Part shown: positions 1 to 8,956 of the stretch, piece by piece
Layout: each line of letters starts with the position of its first letter
How positions within the stretch are numbered: position 1 is the stretch's first letter
From: Candidatus Izemoplasmatales bacterium
GTDB lineage: Bacteria > Bacillota_I > Bacilli_A > Izemoplasmatales > Hujiaoplasmataceae
Assembly (NCBI GenBank): GCA_050177605.1
Contig: JBFXGX010000017.1
Coordinates: 1 to 39,124, forward strand
Direction of reading: 5' to 3'
DNA length: 39,124 nt
Translations under genes and position numbers: made by a program
The notes under the pieces: generated by a model
Told to the model about the DNA's origin: nothing
Seen by the model: only the letters and a program-made list of their open reading frames with translations
The model's database searches: none

Positions 1-166
1 AGCATACTAAATTAGTTACAGATCCACAGTGCTTATATAGTTATTATAGAACAAACCCTTCTGGGTAAGTCAAGAAGAAAGGATATATAATTAACCTTGT
101 ATTTCTTACAACTTTAATTATACGTGCCAATTTGTATTAAAATAGGTCATACAACCCATATAACAA

Positions 167-555
167 TGAAATAGCTTCCAAAAGTTGGAGAAATGGTATA
201 TTAAAAATACCACTCTGATGAAGGGAACTTTTTTATATGAGAATAACATTAAAAGAAAAAATAAAGATGTGTGAAGAACATATAAAAAAAGGAAAATCAC
301 TAAGTCACATATCAGAGATGTATGGAGGATATAATATAAGCAACTTAAAATATATTATAAACCTTTATAAAAAGCATGGAAAAGAAGTATTTGAACATCA
401 AGGAATAAAGACATATAAAAGGGATACAAAGTTATTGGCAATAGCTAGAGTAAAACACGGAGAATCAATTAGAAGCGTAGCACTGGACTTAGGATTGACA
501 GATCCAACGATACTTGGAGATTGGATAAAGCTGTATAGAGCAAAGGGAGAAGCGG
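167..555 (+). mobile_element. Truncated IS3-family (IS150/IS861-like) element: left end plus partial orfA
   Basis: TGAAATAGCTTCCAAAAGTTGGAGA at 167-191 resembles IS150-group left ends (TGAACTGCACCCCAAAAGTTAGACA type, from recall). It is followed by a double-HTH OrfA-like frame. No orfB/DDE integrase or right end follows. Right boundary is approximate. Confidence 0.65.
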
Positions 556-611
556 GAAATAAATATGTTGACAAATACAAATCAACCGTATATACTGTGT
601 ATGAACAATAA
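237..611 (+). pseudogene. IS3-family transposase OrfA fragment (tandem HTH)
   Basis: Two HTH-like units (GKSLSHISEMYG...; GESIRSVALDLGLTDPTILGDWIKLYRAKGEAG). The last ~17 codons are the translated promoter of the next operon, indicating truncation. Confidence 0.7.
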
Positions 612-619
612 ACACAGTA
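568..619 (+). promoter_or_regulatory. Sigma-A promoter with overlapping inverted repeat (probable YtrA/GntR operator)
   Basis: TTGACA (568-573), 17 bp, TATACT (591-596); inverted repeat TACTGTGT-N11-ACACAGTA (593-619); RBS AAGGAG before ATG 633. Confidence 0.8.
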
Positions 620-632
620 AAGGAGTATTAAT

Positions 633-1484
633 ATGGACTCAATAAGAGTAGAAAGTCTATACAAGACCTATAACACATTTCAACTAAAGGATGTTTCATT
701 TGTTATCCCACAAGGATATATTATGGGATTTATCGGCGAAAATGGTGCTGGAAAAACAACAACGATCAAGTCTATGCTTAATATCATTAACAAAGACAGC
801 GGGAAGGTTATCGTATTTGACAAGGATATCGATGACGAAGAAGTAGAGATTAAAAAACAACTCGGTTATATTTCAGGGGATTCATTTTATCCAAAAAAGA
901 AATTAAAAGAAGTAACGGCTATCTATAAAACATTCTTCGATACCTGGGATGAAGAAATTTATCAATCATTCTTACTGAAGTTTAAACTAGATGACCAAAA
1001 AAGAATTGATCAACTATCCAAAGGAATGAAAATGAAATATGAACTTTCGCTTGCGATGAGTCATCATGCAAAGTTACTTATTCTAGATGAACCAACAAGT
1101 GGCCTTGATCCAGTAGTGAGAGATGAATTATTGGAAATCTTCCAAACTATCGTCGAAGAGGGTGATGCAAGTGTCCTATTTTCAACCCATATCACAAGTG
1201 ATTTAGAGAAATGTGCAGACTATATTACATTTATCCAAAATGGACAAATTATCGAAAGTACTACCAAAGATGAGTTTATTGATAAATATATGCTTATCAA
1301 TGGTGAACTTGATCAGATAGATGACTTGAAAGATTTACTGATTGGCTACAAGCGGAATGCATTTGGATTTAATGGGTTAATTGAAACCGACAAACTTTCT
1401 TCGTCACTACAAGTTAAATCAGCAAAGCCTTCACTTGATGATATTATGATTTATTTCGCTGAAAAGGAGAGAAATGATGCTTAA
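633..1484 (+). CDS. ABC transporter ATP-binding protein (YtrB-like)
   Basis: Walker A GENGAGKT, signature LSKGM, Walker B LLILDEPT, H-loop STH. Confidence 0.95.
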   Translation: MDSIRVESLYKTYNTFQLKDVSFVIPQGYIMGFIGENGAGKTTTIKSMLNIINKDSGKVIVFDKDIDDEEVEIKKQLGYISGDSFYPKKKLKEVTAIYKTFFDTWDEEIYQSFLLKFKLDDQKRIDQLSKGMKMKYELSLAMSHHAKLLILDEPTSGLDPVVRDELLEIFQTIVEEGDASVLFSTHITSDLEKCADYITFIQNGQIIESTTKDEFIDKYMLINGELDQIDDLKDLLIGYKRNAFGFNGLIETDKLSSSLQVKSAKPSLDDIMIYFAEKERNDA

Positions 1485-2133
1485 TTTAGTTAGAAAAGAA
1501 TTGAAATTATCGATAAATAAGTTTTTCTTTATTCTGCCTTTCATTCTAGGTTTATTATTTTTCATTCCAGGATGGATATATCTACTTGTCTTCATGTATT
1601 TCTTTTGGATATCAGTACCACAAATCTATTCAGCCTATCTAAATCAAAAGGACTACGATTTTGTCTCTATCTTACCAGTATCAAAAAAAGCAGTAGTCAC
1701 GTCGAAAATCATCGCTATTTTATTGATTGAAGGGCTACATGTGCTCTTTGCGGTGATTTTTGGCGTAATTCATAATTTGATATATGGTTCTTGGAATTTG
1801 TTTATGGATATCAATTACGCATTCTTTGGGGTTGGAATATTAATGTTTGGAGTATTTAATATTGTTTTCCTACCTGCTTATTTCAAAACAGCCTATTTTT
1901 TCGGAAAACCACTTATTAAGGGAACCATAGCAACAGTCATCTATGGGTTTATATTTGAATTTGGTGCAATCTATTCTCTTTCACATCCTGATTCATTTGG
2001 TTGGGTTCATACACTTTTAGAAGGGCCAGTATCAACACAAATTATTGTTCTTATTATAAGTGTCACCGCTAGTGCGATCTTGAGTTTCATAGCGCTCAAA
2101 AAATCAATTCATCATTATGAAAGTATTATCTAA
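1474..2133 (+). CDS. ABC-2 type transporter permease
   Basis: About 6 hydrophobic segments, LPVSKKAVVTSK motif, overlaps the ATPase gene. Confidence 0.85.
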   Translation: MMLNLVRKELKLSINKFFFILPFILGLLFFIPGWIYLLVFMYFFWISVPQIYSAYLNQKDYDFVSILPVSKKAVVTSKIIAILLIEGLHVLFAVIFGVIHNLIYGSWNLFMDINYAFFGVGILMFGVFNIVFLPAYFKTAYFFGKPLIKGTIATVIYGFIFEFGAIYSLSHPDSFGWVHTLLEGPVSTQIIVLIISVTASAILSFIALKKSIHHYESII

Positions 2134-2507
2134 TGAAGAACATAACGATTAGTTCAAATACTCAAACCCCCATATATAAACAATTATATGATCAAATATC
2201 CTTACAAATATTAAGTGGAAATCTTGAATCCGAATCATTATTACCGTCAATTCGTAATATTGCGAAAGAACTCCGGGTAAGTATTATAACAATAAAAAAG
2301 ACTTGGGATATGTTAGAACAAAATGGCTACATTTATACTATCGCTGGAAAAGGATCTTATGTTGCAAAACATACCAAAGTCAGTATTAGTGAAAAAAAGC
2401 ATGATATTCTAAAGACATCACTCTCTACAGAAATCTCCTTAGCTAAATCACTAGGATATACTAAAGAAGAAATCATCTCTTTGATTGATGAGATTTTCGC
2501 AAAATAA
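2133..2507 (+). CDS. GntR family regulator, YtrA subfamily
   Basis: PIYKQLYDQI...LPSIRNIAKELRVSIITIKK...GKGSYV wHTH plus short C-terminal helix; TAATG coupling with the permease. Confidence 0.92.
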   Translation: MKNITISSNTQTPIYKQLYDQISLQILSGNLESESLLPSIRNIAKELRVSIITIKKTWDMLEQNGYIYTIAGKGSYVAKHTKVSISEKKHDILKTSLSTEISLAKSLGYTKEEIISLIDEIFAK

Positions 2508-2565
2508 TCCATATCTATTATAGATTCGTGAAACTATAAAAATGCTAAATATTGAATTGTTTAAT

Positions 2566-2610
2566 AAAAGATGTTAATTAACGTATCCTCGTAATTATTA
2601 ACATCTTTTT
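2566..2610 (+). terminator. Intrinsic terminator
   Basis: AAAAGATGTTAAT...ATTAACATCTTTT stem followed by T-rich tract. Confidence 0.75.
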
Positions 2611-2800
2611 GTTTTTGAGTTGTTCTGCATCATTGTGATTGAAAAGAATTTTGAACAAAGAGAAGAGACGTTGCATAGATTCACTAGATTCGAAACTTAT
2701 TGTGTGGTAAAATGATATAGAAACAAAATGCTAGATTCATTTAATAATGAAACTAGATTATAGATTTGACAAAATCAACTTACTAAAAAAGGACAATCAT

Positions 2801-3751
2801 ATGAAAAAAAACTTAGGAATGATTTTAACAGTAATGATTACACTTACCTTATCGGTACTCGGATTTGTTCTCGGAGGATTTGAACTCAGCTCACTTCAAC
2901 AAGACACAATGCATTTACTGATGATTGTATGTGTCCTTAGTATTGCATATTGCTTTATTGCAGGTGAATTAACAAGAAACAATTCTCAAATGGACAAATT
3001 ATGGTCTATATTACCTATTGTATATGCATGGATCATTGTGGTGAAAAGTGACTTCAACCCACGGACGATTGTGATGGCTTTTTTAATTACAATCTGGGGT
3101 GTAAGGTTAACTTATAACTTTGCGAAAAAAGGAGCCTATTCAATTAAGTTTTGGTCAGGAGAAGAAGACTATAGATGGATTGTATTAAGACAAGATCCGA
3201 AACTCAATAAGAGGTGGAAATGGGCATTTTTTGATTTGTTTTTTATCTCGATATATCAAAACGCTTTAGTCCTAGCTATTTGTTTACCATTACTCGCTAC
3301 GATGGAATCAACGGTTGTATTCAATGTATTTGATGGAATAATCGCTCTTCTATTATTGGGTGCTATTATATTAGAGACAATTGCTGATAAACAACAGATG
3401 GATTTCCAAACGAAAAAATATGAATTATTAGGACAAGGAAAAAGGCTAGTTGATTTACCTAGTCCATATAACAAAGGATTTAATACGGTTGGATTATGGA
3501 GTCGTTCAAGACATCCTAATTATTTTTCTGAACAGGCAATTTGGGTCATTTTATATTTCTTTTGTGTTAGTGCGGGTGTCACCAATTATGTCTTTTTTAA
3601 CTGGACATTCGTTGGGTCAATGTTTTTAATTTTATTGTTTATTGGTAGTTCACAGTTTTCAGAAGGTATTTCACTAAAAAAATACCCTGAATATCAAGAT
3701 TATATTAATCAAGTTTCAAAATATGTCCCATTACGAAAGTATCTTGATTAA
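2801..3751 (+). CDS. DUF1295 / steroid 5-alpha-reductase-like membrane protein
   Basis: NNSQMDKLWS, WGVRL, EDYRW, ETIADKQQ, GLWSRSRHPNYF and YPEYQDY motifs; start placed at ATG 2801 after AAAGGA (ORF track starts at 2747). Confidence 0.88.
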   Translation: MKKNLGMILTVMITLTLSVLGFVLGGFELSSLQQDTMHLLMIVCVLSIAYCFIAGELTRNNSQMDKLWSILPIVYAWIIVVKSDFNPRTIVMAFLITIWGVRLTYNFAKKGAYSIKFWSGEEDYRWIVLRQDPKLNKRWKWAFFDLFFISIYQNALVLAICLPLLATMESTVVFNVFDGIIALLLLGAIILETIADKQQMDFQTKKYELLGQGKRLVDLPSPYNKGFNTVGLWSRSRHPNYFSEQAIWVILYFFCVSAGVTNYVFFNWTFVGSMFLILLFIGSSQFSEGISLKKYPEYQDYINQVSKYVPLRKYLD

Positions 3752-3843
3752 ATAGTGTTTTTAAGAATTCACTGCTTATAAAGTCTTGTATTAATGGTGA
3801 TAAATACTTTTCTAGTATAAGAAATGATTATATTGTATTTTAG

Positions 3844-3877
3844 ACCTAGAAGGAAAAGACTCCTCTAGGTTTTTTTT
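3844..3877 (+). terminator. Intrinsic terminator
   Basis: ACCTAGA-AGGA...TCC-TCTAGGT followed by a T run. Confidence 0.75.
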
Positions 3878-4050
3878 ATAAAAAATGCATTAGGTGAAGT
3901 GAAGTAAAATCGAGATATTAAATACAAAAAAACTATATATAATTGATTGTGTATGAATTGCGAATAAATATAATAATGATAGAAATGTGTAATTACTTTT
4001 CGTACAAAGTAATATATTATTAATATGTAAGGTATCAAAGGAGTGAATAT

Positions 4051-4818
4051 ATGAGCAATACAATTGAAAGAGTGATCGCGTATATTGAAAATAATTTATT
4101 TGAAGAAGTAAACCTGAGTAAAATAAGTTCTGAAGTAAACTACTCGATTTCTCATTTGCATCGAATATTCAAAAATGCAACCGGATTAAACATTAATCAA
4201 TATATATTATATAGAAGACTAAGTGAAGCTTCTGTGCTTATTACTACAACAAATCATAGTATGGTTGACATTTCTATCAAATGTGGATTTGATAACGATA
4301 AGTACTTTAGTAGAATGTTTAAGAAAAAATTTAATGTAACTCCGAGTTCTTTAAGAAAAGAACTGATATATCTAAATCTTACAACTAGACTGAATGTAGA
4401 AAGTAGGAAAACGAAAATGAGGTTTAAATCAATTGATGAATTTAAAGAAAAACTTTTGAATTGTAGAACATCCAATGAACTATACGGTTTTGTGGCAAAC
4501 ACCGATGGGTGCGTTCTATCGAAACAAAACAATAGTGATGTTGAGTTTATACTCGTTCTTCATAATGAAGAGGAGTTAGGGGTGGAAATAATACAATATA
4601 ATATCAATATGATTAGTGGTAGAGATATTATGAAACATATATATTCAGTAGGGGGAATATATGATGTCTCAATCATTGATTTAAACGCAGTGAATGATGA
4701 GATAGAGTTTTATTTTCAAGATATTAATACAAAAAAGAAATCGAGAGTAGTACTAGTTCCGAGAAAAGAAAATAAGATTTATTTTGGATCAAGATTAGGG
4801 TGGTATTCAAATGTATAA
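4051..4818 (+). CDS. AraC family regulator (N-terminal Rob/SoxS-type HTH) with unrecognised C-terminal domain
   Basis: IAYIENNL...YSISHLHRIFK...RRLSEA...CGFDNDKYFSRMFKKKFNVTPS; RBS AAAGGAG. Confidence 0.9.
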   Translation: MSNTIERVIAYIENNLFEEVNLSKISSEVNYSISHLHRIFKNATGLNINQYILYRRLSEASVLITTTNHSMVDISIKCGFDNDKYFSRMFKKKFNVTPSSLRKELIYLNLTTRLNVESRKTKMRFKSIDEFKEKLLNCRTSNELYGFVANTDGCVLSKQNNSDVEFILVLHNEEELGVEIIQYNINMISGRDIMKHIYSVGGIYDVSIIDLNAVNDEIEFYFQDINTKKKSRVVLVPRKENKIYFGSRLGWYSNV

Positions 4819-5230
4819 TGTAGAAGAGTTCACAAAACAAATACTAGGATGTAAAAACATTAATGATATCGAAGAAGTAATTCATCATGACAAATACTCA
4901 ATTTTAGTAAAAGCCTTCGATAAAGAGATTGTCATTCTTCGTGTTTTCGAAGAGATTGATAAAAATCTAAGTTTCAAATCTATGTATTTTAATATGGAAA
5001 CAAAAGAGGTTGAGGTCCAACATCAAATTGGTAAATTCGTTGAAAATTTTCATAATGATTTTGTGAAAGTAGTATATAATGATGGATACTTCAGATTTTA
5101 CTTTAAAACTGATTTTATTGAAATGAACATTTTTAATTTTCCAGAAGGGGATCACTATAAGATGAAAGTGATGAATAATGGTAGCTTTGGCGGGGGTTGT
5201 GGATGGGACAAACACTCTTTAGGCCTATAG
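4811..5230 (+). CDS. Hypothetical protein, apparent paralogue of the AraC C-terminal domain
   Basis: Overlaps the AraC stop by 8 nt; collinear motifs shared with AraC residues 123-255. Confidence 0.75.
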   Translation: MYNVEEFTKQILGCKNINDIEEVIHHDKYSILVKAFDKEIVILRVFEEIDKNLSFKSMYFNMETKEVEVQHQIGKFVENFHNDFVKVVYNDGYFRFYFKTDFIEMNIFNFPEGDHYKMKVMNNGSFGGGCGWDKHSLGL

Positions 5231-5308
5231 TTTTATCATTTTGATCATTAATTAACCCAATTCATTGTAATGATGGTTTTCAAAGTATCAACTAGAAATA
5301 TACCAATC

Positions 5309-5341
5309 AAATCTGATACTATTTAGTATTAGATTTTTTTT
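5309..5341 (+). terminator. Intrinsic terminator
   Basis: AAATCTGATACT-ATTT-AGTATTAGATTT followed by a T run. Confidence 0.7.
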
Positions 5342-5464
5342 ATCTCATAGAAATAATACATAAACTCAGATAATCACTCATATTGTTTTATAAGACAATA
5401 TTTTTAAAAATGTATATGAAATATAAACTATGCGAAATAAATAAAAAAAATATACATTTAATTA

Positions 5465-5515
5465 TTGACAATTGAATTAGATAGTATTATAATGATATTA
5501 TCAAAGCGATAATAA
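5465..5515 (+). promoter_or_regulatory. Consensus sigma-A promoter plus probable NrtR operator
   Basis: TTGACA (5465-5470), 17 bp, TATAAT (5488-5493); palindrome TATTATC-AAAGC-GATAATA (5496-5514) over the expected start site. Confidence 0.85.
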
Positions 5516-5534
5516 CAAAAGAAAGGAGAACATA

Positions 5535-6431
5535 ATGACTAGAAAAATCTCTGAAGATGAATTACTATTTTTAGAACAATATGATGAGAAACATTATAAG
5601 AAACCTTCCGTAACTGTAGATATCTCTGTTTTTTCAGTTTTGGATATTGATTCAAAAAACTATCGAAAACTTCCTGAAAAAGAGTTGAAGATTTTACTTA
5701 TCAAAAGAAAAGAGCATCCATACAAAAATGATTGGGCATTACCAGGTGGTTTTGTTCATATAGATGAATCACTAGAAGATGCAGCTTATCGTGAATTAAA
5801 AGAAGAAACGAATTTAGATAATTTATATTTGGAGCAACTTTTTACATGGGGAGCCGTTGATAGGGACCCAAGAACTAGAGTAATAAGTAGTTCCTATATG
5901 GCCTTAATCAATGGAGAAAATGTTAGGATTATAGCTGGTACAGATAGTGAAGACGCTCGCTGGTTCTCAATTAAAACGAGAATAATCAAAGAAAATCAAG
6001 TGATGAATGATGAAGGATATATACTTGAAAAACAAATAGAAATTATTCTCTCCAATCATGATATCTACCTGAATGCTGAATTGAAGATAACCAAGGAGAT
6101 GTTATCCGGGAAGATATCGATGAAAAGAGAAATTGTTTCTTCGAGTGGATTAGCTTTTGATCACGCTAAAATTATTCATTATTCTCTCGAAAGATTAAGA
6201 GCAAAAGTAGAGTATTCAGATATTGTATTTAACTTGATGAGTAATGAGTTTACTTTGACAGAATTGCAAAATGTTTATGAAGTAATTTTAGATACTAAAT
6301 TACTAGCTGCGAACTTTAGACGAAAAATCACTAAGTTTGTTGATGAAACTGTATATACTACCTCTCGTGCTGGACATAGACCGGCAAAATTGTTTCAATA
6401 TAAAAATCAAGATGAATACGATTTTTATTAA
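5535..6431 (+). CDS. nrtR: NrtR-family Nudix-related transcriptional regulator
   Basis: PSVTVD, WALPGGFV, Nudix box G-x5-E-x7-RELKEETNL, RDPRTRVIS, LAFDH; C-terminal wHTH (FTLTELQNVYEVIL...NFRRK...GHRPAKLF). Confidence 0.9.
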   Translation: MTRKISEDELLFLEQYDEKHYKKPSVTVDISVFSVLDIDSKNYRKLPEKELKILLIKRKEHPYKNDWALPGGFVHIDESLEDAAYRELKEETNLDNLYLEQLFTWGAVDRDPRTRVISSSYMALINGENVRIIAGTDSEDARWFSIKTRIIKENQVMNDEGYILEKQIEIILSNHDIYLNAELKITKEMLSGKISMKREIVSSSGLAFDHAKIIHYSLERLRAKVEYSDIVFNLMSNEFTLTELQNVYEVILDTKLLAANFRRKITKFVDETVYTTSRAGHRPAKLFQYKNQDEYDFY

Positions 6432-6477
6432 CATAAATAAATAAATAAATATATTATAAGAATAGAAGGAGAAAAAT

Positions 6478-7497
6478 ATGTTTGGATTTCGATATGTAAA
6501 GTTTCAACCGAATGAGTACGTCATTCAATATTCAAGAGGAAAAATAAAAAGAGATGGTACAAATCTTGCCTTCAATTATTATGTTCCAGTGACTACGATG
6601 ATTATGGTGCCGGTGGGTAGTAAAGATATTCCGTTTATGTTAGAAGAACTAACTTCTGATTTTCAAACAGTCACTGTTCAGGGACATCTTTCCTATCGAA
6701 TTATTGATTTTAACAAGGTTAGTGAGTTATTAAACTTTGGCATTGACATCAAAACACATCAATATTTATCTGAGGACCCAATGAAACTGTCTCAAAGAAT
6801 AATTAATATAGTAAGTGTCCTTGTAAAAAAACGTATTGAAGGAATGATTATGACAGATGCCATAAAATCAACTGATAATTTGGCTTCTCTTGTATTATCC
6901 GATTTAAATGTTCATTCGGAAGTAAAGAGTTATGGGATTGAAATTCTTGGATTTTCTTTACTTGCAGTAACGCCAAATAAAGAAACCTCAAGAGCTTTGG
7001 AAGCACAAACAAGAGAAGAAATTCTTAAGAGAGCAGACGAAGCAATCTATGAAAGAAGAAATTCAGCGATTCTTCAAGAAAGAAAAGTCAAAGAAAACGA
7101 ATTGAACACAGAAATAACTGTTGTAGATAAAAAACGTGAAATAACTGAAGCTGAAATGGAAAGCGCACTTCAAAAACAACAATCTGAAAATAAAATATTG
7201 AAGGAACAACTAGAATTTGAAATTGCTCAAGAAGAAATAAAGAAATCTTTGGTTTTATTAGAATCAGAAAACAACAAAACGATATCCGATGCTAGAATAT
7301 ATGAACTGGGTAAGGTTATGGAAACACTAAAAACAGTCGACCAAAATACCCTAAAGGCTTTAGCGAGTTTGAAGATGAATTCAGGAGAATTAATTGCATT
7401 AGCATTTCAAGATTTGGCAAATAACGCATCAAAAATTGGTGAACTGAATATTTCTCCAGATCTATTAAAGCAATTAGCAAAACCTACAAATGAGTAA
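6478..7497 (+). CDS. SPFH/Band 7 domain protein (NrtR-regulated OrfX/NrtX type)
   Basis: TSDFQTVTVQGHLSYRI and YGIEILGFSLLAVTP SPFH core, then coiled coil ending IGELNISPDLL; no N-terminal transmembrane helix. Confidence 0.85.
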   Translation: MFGFRYVKFQPNEYVIQYSRGKIKRDGTNLAFNYYVPVTTMIMVPVGSKDIPFMLEELTSDFQTVTVQGHLSYRIIDFNKVSELLNFGIDIKTHQYLSEDPMKLSQRIINIVSVLVKKRIEGMIMTDAIKSTDNLASLVLSDLNVHSEVKSYGIEILGFSLLAVTPNKETSRALEAQTREEILKRADEAIYERRNSAILQERKVKENELNTEITVVDKKREITEAEMESALQKQQSENKILKEQLEFEIAQEEIKKSLVLLESENNKTISDARIYELGKVMETLKTVDQNTLKALASLKMNSGELIALAFQDLANNASKIGELNISPDLLKQLAKPTNE

Positions 7498-8428
7498 CGA
7501 AAAACTTGATCATAAGTTAATTCTAGTTACAAGAAAAACGAGATTAGCTGAATTAGTCGCTAAATACAACACAGTTGACCAAGCAAAGTTTTATCTAGAA
7601 CATATGGGCATTGACTTCGATGATTATTTAATAGAAGATCGTAACTATAGAGATTCATTACAAGAATGTCTTTCAATACTAAATTCAAAAGGGAAAGTAT
7701 TACAACTCGATAGAACATTTTTACCCAACTATGTATTTCATGAAAGTGATCTTATCGTCGTTTTAGGTCAAGATGGACTTGTTGCGAATACGCTTAAGTA
7801 CTTAGATTCACAAAAAGTTATTGCCGTGAATCCAGATCCTTCTAGATGGGATGGAGTACTCTTACCTTTTAGAGTGAGTCAACTAGAAAAAATTATCGAT
7901 GAAACTATTAAAGGATTTAGAAAATATAAAGAAATTACTATGGCGAAAGCTATTTTAAATGATGGGCAAGTTTTGTATGGCGTAAATGATTTGTTTATTG
8001 GTCATAAGTCTCACGTTTCTTCCAAATATCTAATAAACATCAATGGAAAAACTGAAAGTCAATCTTCCAGTGGCATAATTGTTTCAACTGGTCTAGGTTC
8101 AACTGGTTGGCTGAAAAGCATAATAGAAGGTGCTGCAGGAATAATGAAGTCTCTTGCAAAACTAGATATAGACAGAAATTTAATTGAAATGAAATGGGAT
8201 TCAGATTATCTTTATTACTCCATACGTGAGCCATATAAATCAATTCGTACCGATAGTTCTATAGTATTTGGGCATATTGAGAGGAATGAGCATTTAACCA
8301 TAGAATCAAGAATGCCTCAAGACGGACGTATATTCAGTGATGGCGTGGAAGAAGATTTTATAGAATTTAACTCAGGTGCAATTGTAAAAATAATCGTCGC
8401 TGAGAAGAAAGGTAAATTGATTATCTAA
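7490..8428 (+). CDS. PpnK/NAD-kinase-like protein (NrtR-regulated OrfY/NrtY type)
   Basis: VVLGQDG (GGDG variant), VNDLFIG (NE/D motif), SSGIIVSTGLGSTGW, FSDG; overlaps the SPFH stop. Confidence 0.85.
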   Translation: MSNEKLDHKLILVTRKTRLAELVAKYNTVDQAKFYLEHMGIDFDDYLIEDRNYRDSLQECLSILNSKGKVLQLDRTFLPNYVFHESDLIVVLGQDGLVANTLKYLDSQKVIAVNPDPSRWDGVLLPFRVSQLEKIIDETIKGFRKYKEITMAKAILNDGQVLYGVNDLFIGHKSHVSSKYLININGKTESQSSSGIIVSTGLGSTGWLKSIIEGAAGIMKSLAKLDIDRNLIEMKWDSDYLYYSIREPYKSIRTDSSIVFGHIERNEHLTIESRMPQDGRIFSDGVEEDFIEFNSGAIVKIIVAEKKGKLII

Positions 8429-8513
8429 GCCTTCAATCAATTATATGAGTACAAGTATGATACAATAGGTCATATATATACAATCGTTAACAACGGTTAG
8501 GATGAGGTTAAGA

Positions 8514-8864
8514 ATGAATGTACTTGGACTTAGAACATTTATCCCAACGAAAGATTTCGAAGAGTCAAAAAAGTTTTATCAAGAGTTCGGTTTTGAATTA
8601 CTATGGGAAAACGATACGCTTGCCATTGTAGGAACAAATCAATATCAATTCTTTCTTCAAAAAGCTTACGCTAAAGAGTGGGCTGAAAATATGATGCTTC
8701 AATTATTTGTTGATGACCTAGATATGTTGTATTCACATTTGAGTACATTTTATCACAAGTATGAGGGCGTAAAAATGAAGCCGATTTTTACCGCAGATTA
8801 TGGAAGAACATTTCATTTGATAGATCCTGCTGGAGTGCTTTGGCATTTGACTGAAAGAAAGTAA
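8514..8864 (+). CDS. VOC/glyoxalase family protein
   Basis: FIPTKDFEESKKFYQEFGF...YGRTFHLIDPAGVLWH; start placed at 8514 after GAGG (ORF track starts at 8502). Confidence 0.85.
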   Translation: MNVLGLRTFIPTKDFEESKKFYQEFGFELLWENDTLAIVGTNQYQFFLQKAYAKEWAENMMLQLFVDDLDMLYSHLSTFYHKYEGVKMKPIFTADYGRTFHLIDPAGVLWHLTERK

Positions 8865-8956
8865 TTGCTAAACAACAATTAATTATATTTAACAACTAGG
8901 AATCAAATATAACTTATTATAGGAATAAAATACAGATAAGAATCAAAGAGGTCAAT

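Noticed and set aside
1..68. Open frame HTKLVTDPQCLYSYYRTNPSG* at the window start
   Set aside because: Could be the tail of an upstream gene but is too short to support a call
118..664. Minus-strand ORFs 118-300 and 398-664
   Set aside because: Antisense shadows of the IS remnant and promoter; no recognisable motifs
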